From IMG/VR virus record IMGVR_UViG_3300036760_001400: DNA of 64,000 bases. One strand, given 5' to 3'. Under the pieces are notes generated by a model. It was not told the origin of the DNA, made no database searches, and was given only the letters and a program-made list of their open reading frames with translations. The DNA comes from an uncultured virus (IMG/VR IMGVR_UViG_3300036760_001400) (taxonomy: Duplodnaviria; Heunggongvirae; Uroviricota; Caudoviricetes). The position numbers were made by a program, and so were the translations under genes. Of the stretch, positions 19,968 to 30,314 are shown piece by piece; position 1 is the stretch's first letter; each line of letters starts with the position of its first letter.

Positions 19968-21184
19968 GACTTCCCCTTACGGAAGTAGTAGACCACCCAG
20001 GCAAGGCCAGCGCCAACAAGGGAAGCAAGAAGGACATGGGCGGGATCAGGTCCCGTTGGAAGACCCCGCTTTGCCTTCTCAGCATCGAAGAATTTTTTCA
20101 GCTTATCCGCTGCACCCTCTTGTCCAGAAATCACTTTCTCAAGACCACCCACGGTATTGATCGTATTCTCTATCTGGGCGTCAATCTCTCCCTTTTGCTG
20201 TTTGGCCTTGAGTTCCGCAACAGCAGCATCAGTCACTTCCTTCTTATACAGAGCTTCAGCGACAGTTTTTTCTCTAAGATCGCGGACCATGATGGCTACC
20301 CTATCGATCTTGGCTTCAGCTTTCTCCTTTGCTTCCCTCTCCCTTTTCTCGTTAAGCCGAACGAGCCACCCAAGGCCAACGAGAGTGGCCGTAGTAGGAG
20401 CAAAGGCAGCAAAAAGCCCTATGCCGGAGATGGCAGCCAGAATAGCCCTGACAATAAGATAAATTCTCCAGACGGTCAAGCCCACAGTAAATCCGAGAAT
20501 CATCTTATCCGCCTGTCCTAGTCCAGCTTCCTTGGCTGCTGCAGCCTGAAAATTGGTTACCGAAAGACCTGTTGCCTGCATGGAAGATTCGATCTGGAGC
20601 TTCATGATCCGGACCTTATCAACCTCGATCTTGTAGGCATCGATATAAGACTGAGCGATCCCGGGTGTTCCAGAGAGGGATACGATAAGGTTATCGGCAC
20701 TCATCACATAATTCGAGATGGCCTGGTAAGCCTTGAGCGTATCCTTCCACTTGCTTGAGACAAAATTGAGCACGGGAATTATGATGCTCTCTAAGGATTT
20801 CTTGATCTTCTCCCAGTATGAAAGAAAGAAAGACTGACCTCTCTGGATGGCTTCAGCCGCCAGTCCATCCGCATCGGCTAGAGGCTTCATAACAGAATCG
20901 ACCAGGCCAGAAGCGTCATCAGCCGATATAAAGCCCTGGACCTTCGCCTGCCTGAGAAGGTCGAAAGCCTTGGCTCTTGATTCCCTGGCGCTCGAAAGTT
21001 CCTGCCGAGCTACGTCCAGGTTATAGCCTGACTGGGCCGTATCCAGAGAGAGGGAAATCTGTTCATATGTCCGATTCACTGCAGTAAAGAAGTCGACAAA
21101 AGGGCTCATCCCTTCCACAGGCGTGGCCATGGAAGGCAGTGGAAGATTCACCTGTGAAAGGAAGCCAGATGAACGCTTCCTCAT
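19964..21184 (-). CDS. coiled-coil membrane protein
   Basis: likely start MRKRSSGFLSQ; AGLGQ motif; internal and C-terminal TMs. Confidence 0.65.
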   Translation of the reverse strand: MRKRSSGFLSQVNLPLPSMATPVEGMSPFVDFFTAVNRTYEQISLSLDTAQSGYNLDVARQELSSARESRAKAFDLLRQAKVQGFISADDASGLVDSVMKPLADADGLAAEAIQRGQSFFLSYWEKIKKSLESIIIPVLNFVSSKWKDTLKAYQAISNYVMSADNLIVSLSGTPGIAQSYIDAYKIEVDKVRIMKLQIESSMQATGLSVTNFQAAAAKEAGLGQADKMILGFTVGLTVWRIYLIVRAILAAISGIGLFAAFAPTTATLVGLGWLVRLNEKREREAKEKAEAKIDRVAIMVRDLREKTVAEALYKKEVTDAAVAELKAKQQKGEIDAQIENTINTVGGLEKVISGQEGAADKLKKFFDAEKAKRGLPTGPDPAHVLLASLVGAGLAWVVYYFRKGKS

Positions 21185-21252
21185 GTGCCAGACTGCTTTC
21201 AAGGCAAGGAATCTCCTTTCCAATATTATATAGGCATGGACTAGATAGTGCA

Positions 21253-21280
21253 AGGGGGCACCCCTTACGAGGTGCCCCCT
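21253..21280. terminator. GC-rich hairpin, possible terminator
   Basis: AGGGGGCACC/GGTGCCCCCT stem, intergenic; no clear U tract. Confidence 0.4.
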
Positions 21281-21309
21281 ATCCTAACCTGGGGGAGGAA
21301 GGTACCGGT

Positions 21310-21645
21310 TCAGACTGCAGCTACGATCGCCGGAAGGACCTTGATCAAGGTGCTCATGGCTACGCCCAGGATCTGCTTGAAAAGATCCCTCGACGCAGCA
21401 GCCGCATTAACGGCAATCGTGGTAAGCTGATTTTCGGTTGCCACGAGAGCGAACTCCATGTTCTCCTTGATCTGAGCCTTATCAGAATCTGGAGCCATGG
21501 TGTACTCGTACGTCAGCCGGGCAAGCCGTTCCGCGCGCTCGTAGAGAAAGGCCTTAGCGTCCGCGTTATCCGAGAGAAAACCTTTGGCTCTCGTTTCCAC
21601 GGTATCGATCAGGGCTTTCTTGATCTCATCAAGGGTATTCGGCAT
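21310..21645 (-). CDS. hypothetical helical protein
   Basis: AGGAG SD; amphipathic C-terminus. Confidence 0.6.
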   Translation of the reverse strand: MPNTLDEIKKALIDTVETRAKGFLSDNADAKAFLYERAERLARLTYEYTMAPDSDKAQIKENMEFALVATENQLTTIAVNAAAASRDLFKQILGVAMSTLIKVLPAIVAAV

Positions 21646-21653
21646 AGGCTCTC

Positions 21654-21890
21654 CTATTTCGCAGAATTCTTGATGGCTTCCAGGAGCTGCTGACGGCTCT
21701 CCACCAGCTTGTGACGGTCCGCCTTCTCATCGGCCTTAAGGCTGGCGTCCGCATCGACGTACTTCAAATACGCCGGGATAACCAGCTTGTCATTCGCCTC
21801 AAGCTGGGCGATGGCTCTCTGTTCTACGGAGCAACAGGCTCCCATAAAGAGACCCAAACCGATCGTAGCAAGAAACGCGACCTTTTTCAT
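21654..21890 (-). CDS. putative lipoprotein
   Basis: MKK, hydrophobic core and lipobox-like MGAC. Confidence 0.65.
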   Translation of the reverse strand: MKKVAFLATIGLGLFMGACCSVEQRAIAQLEANDKLVIPAYLKYVDADASLKADEKADRHKLVESRQQLLEAIKNSAK

Positions 21891-21923
21891 ATCGCCTCCT
21901 AAAGTAATTCGGTTTGGGGTGGG

Positions 21924-22343
21924 TCAGGCCGACGGAGGATCCTTGTGGATGAAGCTCCGAACGAACCCCGTGACAGTGGGCCCGATGTTCCGCCAGGCAG
22001 CCTTTCCGAGCAGCTCAGCCAGAAGAACCGCGGTACCCGCCTGATACCAATCTTCTGGTTTTGTGAGATCGCTCTTATGGAATCCGGCGGCGCCACCCAT
22101 GACTGCTCCCACGAGGAGGGTGACCCCCGCCTGCTTGGAATCCCACTTTTTGGCCGGATCTTTGTCCTTCAGGAATCCAAGGTAGCTGACCGAAAGGCCG
22201 GCCAGAACGCCAGCACCAATGCCCTTGACGAGGCCTTTCCAGCTCTCAAAACCGCCTGGAACGGTAGCGGCAGCCTGATCCACGGCAAAGGCGATCCCGC
22301 ACAGGACAAAAACTCCCAGGAATGCAAACATGTATCTCTTCAT
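21924..22343 (-). CDS. multi-pass membrane protein (holin-like)
   Basis: signal-like N-terminus plus three hydrophobic segments; next to the lipoprotein. Confidence 0.45.
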   Translation of the reverse strand: MKRYMFAFLGVFVLCGIAFAVDQAAATVPGGFESWKGLVKGIGAGVLAGLSVSYLGFLKDKDPAKKWDSKQAGVTLLVGAVMGGAAGFHKSDLTKPEDWYQAGTAVLLAELLGKAAWRNIGPTVTGFVRSFIHKDPPSA

Positions 22344-22364
22344 CGTACTATCTCCAAAAGAACC

Positions 22365-22997
22365 CTAGATGAGCTCGGTCGGAGGTTCGGCGACAAACTG
22401 CCCGTTCTCATCCGACCAGCCATAGCCCATGTGCCTGCACCTTACCCCAGTATGGGCCATGATCCTAAGCCCCGCTTGACGGGCCTTCTTGGAAAAATTA
22501 AAGTCTTCCCCAACTCGATCCTGAGGAGGCAGATCTTCTTTATCCACCTTCCATTCGAACCAGGGATATCTTATCCGCTCAAACACTGAACGGTGACAGA
22601 GAAGGCACCCTCCCCCCGCATAGTCTACTTCAATGATGGGATTTCCACCAGTAGGGAGTATAGCGGGAGTCGGTAGAGGGTTGGATTCTCTATATATAGT
22701 CGGGGTTATTCTCCCCTGGCGCTTGAAGTAAAGTCCGGTCACGATCTCGCAGGGCACGGCAGACAGTTTCTCAAAAGCATCCACCGGAGGAAGGACATCG
22801 TCATCCAGGAATAGAAGGTACTTGGAGTTATCCCTCAGGAACATCCTGACCATCTGGTTTCTGGCGTGATCGAAAGGAAGTCCAGGCGTGGTCCTGAAAA
22901 TCGTCCCCTCTGGCAGTCTAAGACGCCTCAAGGACATCGCCCACTCGGTTGGAACGATGCCTCGGGTCAGGATTCCGACAGTCAGCGGAGCATTCAA
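22365..22997 (-). CDS. GT-A fold glycosyltransferase (GT2-like)
   Basis: ARNQMV...LLFLDDD, GGGCLL, GEDFNF motifs. Confidence 0.8.
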   Translation of the reverse strand: MNAPLTVGILTRGIVPTEWAMSLRRLRLPEGTIFRTTPGLPFDHARNQMVRMFLRDNSKYLLFLDDDVLPPVDAFEKLSAVPCEIVTGLYFKRQGRITPTIYRESNPLPTPAILPTGGNPIIEVDYAGGGCLLCHRSVFERIRYPWFEWKVDKEDLPPQDRVGEDFNFSKKARQAGLRIMAHTGVRCRHMGYGWSDENGQFVAEPPTELI

Positions 22998-23596
22998 GGA
23001 ATCTCGTGCCCTATGGTACCTACCCCTCCAACCCCTTGAATGAGAATGAGTTCCTCTCTCCACACGGGGCCTTCGGGATAGTGTTTCAGCGTGCTCTCTA
23101 CATAATCAAAGTCAGCGGAATACTTCCCGCTCCACCGACCCAGACGTTCCTTGGTATTGGGGGCAATGAACATCTGCCCACCCAAGTTCCCAAGTTTCAC
23201 TTCCCGGGTTTCCCAGATAAGCCTGTCTAAGTGCTTCATCCTGAACACGATAGGACGTCCACGGTTTACAACAACAGCTTCTTTGACCGTACGGATGGCA
23301 TCCAGCGTAGGAAGGTCATCATCGTCAACAAACATGATATGGCTTCCCTTGGCTCTAGCCATGGCCAGATTCCGCTGCGGATTCCCATAGTTCCAGATCG
23401 GCCCGTGTTCCCAGTACTGAATAATCGGACTCTTGAGCTGATCTACGATCCCCCTCGCATTAGGCTGTGGGCCATCTCCAATGATAAGCACTTCGTCATG
23501 AAGCAAGGAGAGCTGAGGAAGAAGGCATTCGAGCATTGCCCCAAGGCTGTCTCTACCGATCGTTGGGGTTATGATCGAAAGGGAGGCTACATCCAT
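22994..23596 (-). CDS. glycosyltransferase family 2
   Basis: SIITPTIGR, RNLAM...MFVDDDD. Confidence 0.85.
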   Translation of the reverse strand: MDVASLSIITPTIGRDSLGAMLECLLPQLSLLHDEVLIIGDGPQPNARGIVDQLKSPIIQYWEHGPIWNYGNPQRNLAMARAKGSHIMFVDDDDLPTLDAIRTVKEAVVVNRGRPIVFRMKHLDRLIWETREVKLGNLGGQMFIAPNTKERLGRWSGKYSADFDYVESTLKHYPEGPVWREELILIQGVGGVGTIGHEIP

Positions 23597-24672
23597 TCCG
23601 AGACCGCTACGGCAATCTTCTCGCGATCTTCTTTGGTGACCCACCAGCCTACGGGAATCGAAACCTGTTCCTTAGAAAATTCATCGACTCCAGGAAGATT
23701 TCTCCGATAGGCCGAAAAGGCCGTGTGGATATCATTACGGACATGAACCTGAGAAACCATAATGCCTTCCTTCTTCATGTATTCCTGGAAGGACTCCCTA
23801 TCATTCACCCGGATTGTATAGAGCCAATAGCTCGATAGCCTGTCTTTCTCGTACCGAAGAAGGAAGCTATCCGGAAGAGCTGAGTTATAGAAGTCCGCAT
23901 TCTCACGATGCTTGGCAATGATATCTCCCACGTACTTCAGCTGTTCAAGACCGATGACGGCACTTACGTCTGACATATGGTGCTTGTATCCGAACTCCTT
24001 GATGTCCTCTTCACAGCGGAGATCCTTCCTTGGAACTTCGCGATCGATTCCGAACCATCGGAGAAGCTTCCCTCTTTTGTAGTCATCCGCATCCTTAAGA
24101 GCCAGGAGACCCCCATCTACCGTGGTCAGATGCTTGATAGCCTGAAAGCTGAAGCAAACATAATCACTGTGACTTCCGATCGGTTTCCCTTGATAGGAAG
24201 CCCCAAACGCATGGGCTGCATCTTCGATAAGCGCGATTCCGTATTTATCGGAGATCTTCTGAAGCCTGTCAATATCACAGGGATAGCCGCCCCAGTGAAT
24301 AGCCACGATAGCCCGCGTCTTCTTCGTGATCTTCCTCTCTACATCGAGGGGATCGATGCATCCCGTCCACGGATGGATATCCGCCCAGACGATATCGGCT
24401 CCACGTTCCATGGCTGGCATGATGGTAGCGGCGCAGGTCATGGGACTGACGATCACCTCGGTATCCCTCTCCACTCCCGCGAGGCGCATGGCCAGATGGA
24501 GAGAGGACGTTCCGGAATTGACCGTAAGCACATGGGTGTTCCCGACCCAGGGAGAAAGAGCCTTCTCGAACTCCTCGACTTTAGGACCCTGGCCGATATA
24601 GCCAGACATAAGGACGGCATTCAGAGGAGCAAGAACGCTCTCGGGCATGTGAACACGGAATAATGGGATCAA
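23587..24672 (-). CDS. DegT/DnrJ/EryC1/StrS NDP-sugar aminotransferase
   Basis: NSGTSSLHLA, EDAAHAFG, FSFQAIKHLTTVDGG with PLP lysine. Confidence 0.92.
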   Translation of the reverse strand: MIPLFRVHMPESVLAPLNAVLMSGYIGQGPKVEEFEKALSPWVGNTHVLTVNSGTSSLHLAMRLAGVERDTEVIVSPMTCAATIMPAMERGADIVWADIHPWTGCIDPLDVERKITKKTRAIVAIHWGGYPCDIDRLQKISDKYGIALIEDAAHAFGASYQGKPIGSHSDYVCFSFQAIKHLTTVDGGLLALKDADDYKRGKLLRWFGIDREVPRKDLRCEEDIKEFGYKHHMSDVSAVIGLEQLKYVGDIIAKHRENADFYNSALPDSFLLRYEKDRLSSYWLYTIRVNDRESFQEYMKKEGIMVSQVHVRNDIHTAFSAYRRNLPGVDEFSKEQVSIPVGWWVTKEDREKIAVAVSEWM

Positions 24673-25190
24673 GAGTATTCCCTTTCCAGAACGGACATCA
24701 GGATGTAGTCCAGGTATTCCCCGTGCCTGAAGACGGCTTCCCTGTAGCGTCCCTCAACACAAAAGCCGACCTTCTTGTAGAGTGCCATGGCCGCCTTGTT
24801 GGACTCAAGGACAGCCAGCCAGATCCTATGGCAATTAAGGTAATCGAAACAGTACCTCTTGAGAGTCTCATAGATCTTGTGACCGTAGCCTTGGCGTCTG
24901 AGCCTGACGGCCACGTCAGCGCCGATCCGAATGCTTCTATTCTGCTTGTCCCATTCATCCATCCTGACGAGACCAATGAACGGATGTATCTCATCGCATG
25001 CGATGAGATACATCCTTCCGGTAGACCACGAAAGTCCATCCAACCACTTCTTCTCATCGAGATCGGTGAGAATCGTAGGATCGGTCAACATCGACCAGGT
25101 CGAGAACTCGTTCCTGAGAGAACGGATCTCCTTCAGGTCCCCTTCCTTGGGAAGCCTGAGATCAAGTCCACCGCATGAAAAGATGGCCAT
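24669..25190 (-). CDS. GNAT N-acetyltransferase (RimJ/RimL or PseH-like)
   Basis: RRQGYG and NKAAMALYKKVGF motifs; adjacent to the aminotransferase. Confidence 0.85.
   Translation of the reverse strand: MAIFSCGGLDLRLPKEGDLKEIRSLRNEFSTWSMLTDPTILTDLDEKKWLDGLSWSTGRMYLIACDEIHPFIGLVRMDEWDKQNRSIRIGADVAVRLRRQGYGHKIYETLKRYCFDYLNCHRIWLAVLESNKAAMALYKKVGFCVEGRYREAVFRHGEYLDYILMSVLEREYS
24982..25015. repeat. perfect 34-bp palindrome inside the GNAT gene
   Basis: GGATGTATCTCATCGCA followed by TGCGATGAGATACATCC; both strands encode MYLIACDEIHP. Confidence 0.9.
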
Positions 25191-26084
25191 TTAACCTACC
25201 AACCTGAAATCCATCAGGATCCTCTTCATACGCTCCATGTAAGTATGGTTCTCGAGGAAATAAGCGTGGCCCGCCTTTGCAATCTTCTCGCGCTCCTCGT
25301 CATGAGCCAGGTAGTACCGGAGCTTCTTCTCGAAGTCCACGTACGTGTCATCAAAGGAAACGTAGTGGATTCCGTCCTGAGCCAGCATCTCGATCCCTGA
25401 ATAGGACTTGAGACGGTTCATGAGCGTAAAGCCGCCTGATCCGATGATTTCAAAGAAGCGCGTTCCAACGGATGGGAAGACCGTCCGTTCAAACAGGACC
25501 TTCGCATCGTTATAAATTCCGTTCACTTCATGGGAGTAGATGCCTTGACCCATGTATCCACGGATTCCATCGGCTTGTCCAAGCTTCGACAGGAACGTGT
25601 TCTTAGTATCCCCATTCCTGTAAATCCACCCGTCCCTCTGTCCGATGAACGCGTAGTCATGGACCTTCTGATGGCCGAGGGGATAAAAGACCTCAGGCAG
25701 GTAGGCCGGAGGAAGCCAGGTCACCGGAAGGCCGTACGCCCTTGCTAGAACGGCCGATACGTACTCGAAGAAGTAGCATCGATCAAAGCTTTCGCAGACC
25801 TGAAGGACGATCGCCTGGCTCATATGGTGGCTGTCCCACCAGACAAAGGCCATGTTCTTAAAGTAGCCCTTCGGGATGGAATAAAGGGATGGGTGGAAGT
25901 CGACAAAGAGATAAAGGTCGTGGGTCTTCTGAATATCCTTCATCTCACTCCAGAGATAGCGGGTCATCTTGCACCCGAGCTTTTCTACCGCAGATTCCCA
26001 GTAGGAATGGTGGGTATGGAACTTTTGATCGTTCCGGTGCTCGCCCCAGATGATGGCGATATCAAGCACGGTGATCACCCCCAT
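25191..26084 (-). CDS. CgeB-like GT-B glycosyltransferase
   Basis: RFFEIIGSGGF...YYLAHDEEREKIAKAG...HTY C-terminal signature. Confidence 0.8.
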   Translation of the reverse strand: MGVITVLDIAIIWGEHRNDQKFHTHHSYWESAVEKLGCKMTRYLWSEMKDIQKTHDLYLFVDFHPSLYSIPKGYFKNMAFVWWDSHHMSQAIVLQVCESFDRCYFFEYVSAVLARAYGLPVTWLPPAYLPEVFYPLGHQKVHDYAFIGQRDGWIYRNGDTKNTFLSKLGQADGIRGYMGQGIYSHEVNGIYNDAKVLFERTVFPSVGTRFFEIIGSGGFTLMNRLKSYSGIEMLAQDGIHYVSFDDTYVDFEKKLRYYLAHDEEREKIAKAGHAYFLENHTYMERMKRILMDFRLVG

Positions 26085-26150
26085 TACCGCCGTTGGCGGT
26101 AATGGGGGTGCCTTTGATGGCAGCCAGGAACTTGAGAAACCCTCTTCTAT

Positions 26151-26939
26151 TCATCGTCTACGAAGCCTCCCAGGCATATTTTCGAGCCTCCACGGCACGG
26201 CCGTAATGGGGACGGCCCGTCTGAAGCTCTCAGGGTTCATGGGATGCAGGTTCTCCATCTCCGGCGTCCAGTTGAGCCAGACCCGGTCGATCCACTCCTC
26301 TTTGACGTCAGGAGCATGAGTGAACCACGAGAAGCGCCGGCGCATCGCGGCGGGGTCTCTGACGTAGGACATGTGATGGCAGATCAAGCTGTCCGCGTTA
26401 ATGTCGGTAAAGACACCGCCGAGAACATTGAAGTTCTTTGCCGAGACGAAAGCGACATCCCCGGGGTTCGTTGAAACGAAATGCGGCATATGGCCCGTCA
26501 GATTCTCGATCACCGTCTCCCGGTCCTTCCAATAGATCAGCTGCTGAACAACAAAAGCGGACGCGCGGCCGTTCGCGTACATGGCCTGCGAGATGTTTCC
26601 CATCATGGTCCACAGCTCGCTCCGGTTGTACATCTCGTCGTCGTCGACCAGGAGGCACCATTCGCAGCCAAGATCGTGAAGTACTCGAAGGCCCTCATTT
26701 CTCTGCTGGTGTTCACTTTCCCAGTGCTTGCTCATGATTACGAACTTGTGCTCGGGATCGTCCATGTCCATGATCTTGGATAAGGTAGCCTTCGGGAAGG
26801 CCCGGTCCCCGACACCCTTCCATGGATCGATCCCGACCATGAAAAGGATCTTGTGAACCAATGGATAGATGCGGAGAACGCTTTCAGCGAGAAAGCCAGA
26901 GTCTTCGTAAACGACGTACTGAGCTCCAAAGTGCTTCAC
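26151..26939 (-). CDS. GT-A fold glycosyltransferase
   Basis: EHQQRN...LLVDDDE; HHMSYVR. Confidence 0.7.
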   Translation of the reverse strand: MKHFGAQYVVYEDSGFLAESVLRIYPLVHKILFMVGIDPWKGVGDRAFPKATLSKIMDMDDPEHKFVIMSKHWESEHQQRNEGLRVLHDLGCEWCLLVDDDEMYNRSELWTMMGNISQAMYANGRASAFVVQQLIYWKDRETVIENLTGHMPHFVSTNPGDVAFVSAKNFNVLGGVFTDINADSLICHHMSYVRDPAAMRRRFSWFTHAPDVKEEWIDRVWLNWTPEMENLHPMNPESFRRAVPITAVPWRLENMPGRLRRR

Positions 26940-27769
26940 TTGAGATTGGCCTTTCTCCACTCATAGTGGCTCGAGATAATAGCCCTTAGATCAAAAGATG
27001 GTTTCCACCCGAAGTCCTTCGAGATTCTCGAGATATCGGCTACAAGGGACTTTGGATCCCCTTGCCTCTCTGGCATAAACTTGATGGCGATCTTCTTCCC
27101 GGTCACTTCCTCTGTCACGCTGACCACGTCAAAGACGGAATGTCCAACGCCGGTCCCGACGTCATAAATCCCCTTCTTTTCCATGGCCATGAAGGTGACT
27201 TTAGCCACATCATCAACATGGATGTAATCGCGGATCAGGTGCTGCCCATTTCCGTAGACTTCAAAGGGTTCGTCTTTAAGAGCAGCCATGACAACCCTTG
27301 GAATGATATGGGTTTCATTCTTGTGATCCTCGTCCCCTCCAGCTACATTGAAGTACCTGAGGATGGAGGCATCAGGAAAGAGATCCATGACCATCTGTTC
27401 GCAGGCATACTTGGACTGGCCATACGGGGTCATCTGATGATAGATTGCCGCGGAAGAAGCGAGCACGATCTTCTTATCCGTAGCCTCCCTGAGGAAAAGC
27501 ATTGGAGCTGCCACGTTATTCCACCAGTATGTCCACGGGACAGAACGGGATTGCGAGGCATCGATAAGTCCCGCACAATGAATAACGGTTGAAACTTTAG
27601 TCCAATCGACAGCGGAGCCAGCGGCATCTATATCCTCTTCAATTAGATCGTGGCTTCCGACCCTATCGCGGCTACCCTCCATAAGATTATCAACAGCAAC
27701 ACCCTCATGCCCCATAAGCTCAAGGACATGATGGCCGATATAACCGGCTCCACCTGTAACCAGAATCAT
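26936..27769 (-). CDS. NAD-dependent epimerase/dehydratase (GalE-like)
   Basis: start MILVTGGAGYIG at 27769; YGQSK; LRYFNVAG; RDYIHVDD. Confidence 0.9.
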   Translation of the reverse strand: MILVTGGAGYIGHHVLELMGHEGVAVDNLMEGSRDRVGSHDLIEEDIDAAGSAVDWTKVSTVIHCAGLIDASQSRSVPWTYWWNNVAAPMLFLREATDKKIVLASSAAIYHQMTPYGQSKYACEQMVMDLFPDASILRYFNVAGGDEDHKNETHIIPRVVMAALKDEPFEVYGNGQHLIRDYIHVDDVAKVTFMAMEKKGIYDVGTGVGHSVFDVVSVTEEVTGKKIAIKFMPERQGDPKSLVADISRISKDFGWKPSFDLRAIISSHYEWRKANLK

Positions 27770-30207
27770 GAAGGCACCGAAAGTCCAACCAGGTTCAGCC
27801 ACTCGTTCACAATGCCCTCCCACGAATAGGCCTTGGCTTTCTTGATGGACTTCTCGCTGTAGTACCGCCACTTGTCCTTATCCGAGAGCATCGAAACGAC
27901 TTCATCGATGAATCTCGCCTTGTATTCCGGAGTATGATTGACCCCTCCGATCAGGATGCCAGCGTCTCCGATCGTCGTCGAGAGTGCAGCGAGGTCCGAC
28001 GTGATGACAGGATTCCCGGCCGCCATCTGCTCGGCCCCCGTGATGCAGAACGTCTCCGTGAACTGCGTCGGGAAAGCGAACAGTTCCGCCTTCAGCATTT
28101 CCTTGGCAAGCTGCGTCTGGCCAACGCGCTCCCTGTAGACAACGCCGGGGTCGTCCAGCCTGGCCTTTATCGAATTCATCCACTCAAGCTCTCCGGGCCG
28201 TCCGCCGCGATGCTTGATCGCTTTTTCCCAATTTTGGAATCCATAGAACACGTGGACGTTCGCGTGCGGAACGCGCTTCCGGATCTCCGGAAGGCAGTCG
28301 AGCAGCACGTCAAGGCCCCGATCCGGAGAGCTGGAATAGACCATGCGCCCGGGCTCCTTGGGCAGCCTGCGCTCGAACCTTCCAAGATCGATGCCGTCGC
28401 GCGAGACCACCGTCTTCGAAGGGTCGGCGTTCTTGTGGTGCTTCAGGAAGAACTCTTTGTGCCACGGCGACAGGACAAAGAACTTATCGACGTTCTGGGT
28501 CCAGAGGTTCGCGTTGGGGTCCTGGGAAAGCCAGATGTCATGCACGATGATGGCCTTCTTGTCGGCCATGATCGGATGTTCAAAGATATCCGCCCTGCGG
28601 GACGACACGAAGAACTGGAACCGGTTCGCCTTCCTAAACTCGTCCCACTTCGTGTAGTGAATGTACTCGACGCCGTCGTACACCCCCTCCATCCCGTCGC
28701 AGTCGCCGATCACGACCGACCGGTACCCTCGCTTGGCAAACTCTCGTGCCGTGCAGATGGTGGCCGTTTCGCTGCCGCCAATCCCGCCTTCGTCGATCGA
28801 TTTTGGGCTCCAGCGCTCCCAGCCCTGGCCGGTGTAGATGCCGAAGAGCGGCCTGAAGTCCGTGACGATCGCACGGGTCGCGACCCTGAGGTCTGATGGA
28901 GCAGGCGTTTCAGGAGGCTTCTCGAGAGGAACAAGCTCATCCCGGAACTCAGGAGAGCCCGGCGAGATGCCCCACTTTTTCATGAAGTAGCCGTGATTCT
29001 TCAGGTCTTCTTCGTGATGCAGGGCATGGTTCTGGTCCTCGGCCTTCTTCCGGGTCTTTCCACCGAAGTGAAAAACCCAGCTGTCGAACGTCTGGACCAT
29101 CCTGTACCCGGCGTCACGGAGGCGCTTGCAGTAGTCGAGATCTTCGTCCCCGGATAGGAACCCTTCGTCAAGCAGGCCGACCTTGTCTACGGCCTCGCGC
29201 GGCATGAGCGTGCAGTAGAAGGCGAGCCACTTCCGGACGTGAGTTTCCTTCCTGTGCCAGTAGTCCCGGATCTGAGGCTCGATGCCGGCCACGTCCTCTT
29301 TGGTCATGCCGGGCCTGAGCGTGCGGCCGCCGATTACGATGTTTTCTTGATGCCGCCAACCCATGTCACAGTTACTGAACGGCCCGACGGCGCCGACGCC
29401 CGGCTTTTGGGCCTCATGCATGAGGGCCGTCAGCCAGCCTTTACCGACGATCGTATCGTCGTTCAGGAGACAGACGTACTTTTCCTTCGCGATATTGAGC
29501 CCGACGTTGTTCGCCGCCGAGAAATGGAGTCTCGCCGGAGAGCAGGCGTGAATGACATCGGGCTGCTGCTTGATCCACTCGAACGATCCGTCGCTATTGT
29601 TCGAAGCCACGATGATGATATTGTGCGGCCAGTCCGTCGCCAAGCGGATCGACTCCACGCACAGCTTCAGGTACTCAAGGTTGCCGTAGGTTGGAATGAT
29701 GATGTCTACTTTCGGGGGGCGGCAGTTCCGCAGCGCCCTGCGCTTAATGAGGTCGGACCACTGGGCGCCGATCGTGTCGATGGAAAAAGCGTCCTTGACG
29801 GACTCCTTTGCGGCCTGCCCCATGGACAGGCGAAGGCTTTCGTTTTCGTTCAGACGTCTAAGCGCCTGCTTCCAGTCTTCGTCGGACCTGCAGATGAATC
29901 CGTTCACCCCGTTCTGGATGATCTCCTCGTAGGCGGGGAGCGGAGACGCGAGGACTGGTTTCCCGAGGGACATGGCCTGGACCGCGCGGTTCGCGCTCTT
30001 CCCGGGCTGGATGTCATGCCGTGCCACGCAGACCACGACGTCGGCCTTCCTCAGCTCGTCCAGCCAGGTCTCCCTGGACCACTTGATGTCGTGGTCCTTC
30101 CATTCGCTCATGGTCCTGAAGTCCATCCCAAGCTCACGGCAGATCGGGCGTAGGAACTCGGAGATGCCGACGTTTCCGCCCATTGCGCTTGAGGTAACCT
30201 TAAGCAT
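27766..30207 (-). CDS. multidomain glycosyltransferase (GT4 part + GT2 + GT4)
   Basis: AMSLGKPV, DIIIPTY...LLNDDT, YSSSPDRGL...ETFCIT. Confidence 0.85.
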   Translation of the reverse strand: MLKVTSSAMGGNVGISEFLRPICRELGMDFRTMSEWKDHDIKWSRETWLDELRKADVVVCVARHDIQPGKSANRAVQAMSLGKPVLASPLPAYEEIIQNGVNGFICRSDEDWKQALRRLNENESLRLSMGQAAKESVKDAFSIDTIGAQWSDLIKRRALRNCRPPKVDIIIPTYGNLEYLKLCVESIRLATDWPHNIIIVASNNSDGSFEWIKQQPDVIHACSPARLHFSAANNVGLNIAKEKYVCLLNDDTIVGKGWLTALMHEAQKPGVGAVGPFSNCDMGWRHQENIVIGGRTLRPGMTKEDVAGIEPQIRDYWHRKETHVRKWLAFYCTLMPREAVDKVGLLDEGFLSGDEDLDYCKRLRDAGYRMVQTFDSWVFHFGGKTRKKAEDQNHALHHEEDLKNHGYFMKKWGISPGSPEFRDELVPLEKPPETPAPSDLRVATRAIVTDFRPLFGIYTGQGWERWSPKSIDEGGIGGSETATICTAREFAKRGYRSVVIGDCDGMEGVYDGVEYIHYTKWDEFRKANRFQFFVSSRRADIFEHPIMADKKAIIVHDIWLSQDPNANLWTQNVDKFFVLSPWHKEFFLKHHKNADPSKTVVSRDGIDLGRFERRLPKEPGRMVYSSSPDRGLDVLLDCLPEIRKRVPHANVHVFYGFQNWEKAIKHRGGRPGELEWMNSIKARLDDPGVVYRERVGQTQLAKEMLKAELFAFPTQFTETFCITGAEQMAAGNPVITSDLAALSTTIGDAGILIGGVNHTPEYKARFIDEVVSMLSDKDKWRYYSEKSIKKAKAYSWEGIVNEWLNLVGLSVPS

Positions 30208-30314
30208 GAATAAGCCAACCTTTCATGGTGAGATCCGTTCCAATACCAACAACGAGCGAGACTACCCGATCTGCAGCAAAAATGTCCTTCGCCATAATCA
30301 GCCCTCCTATACCA

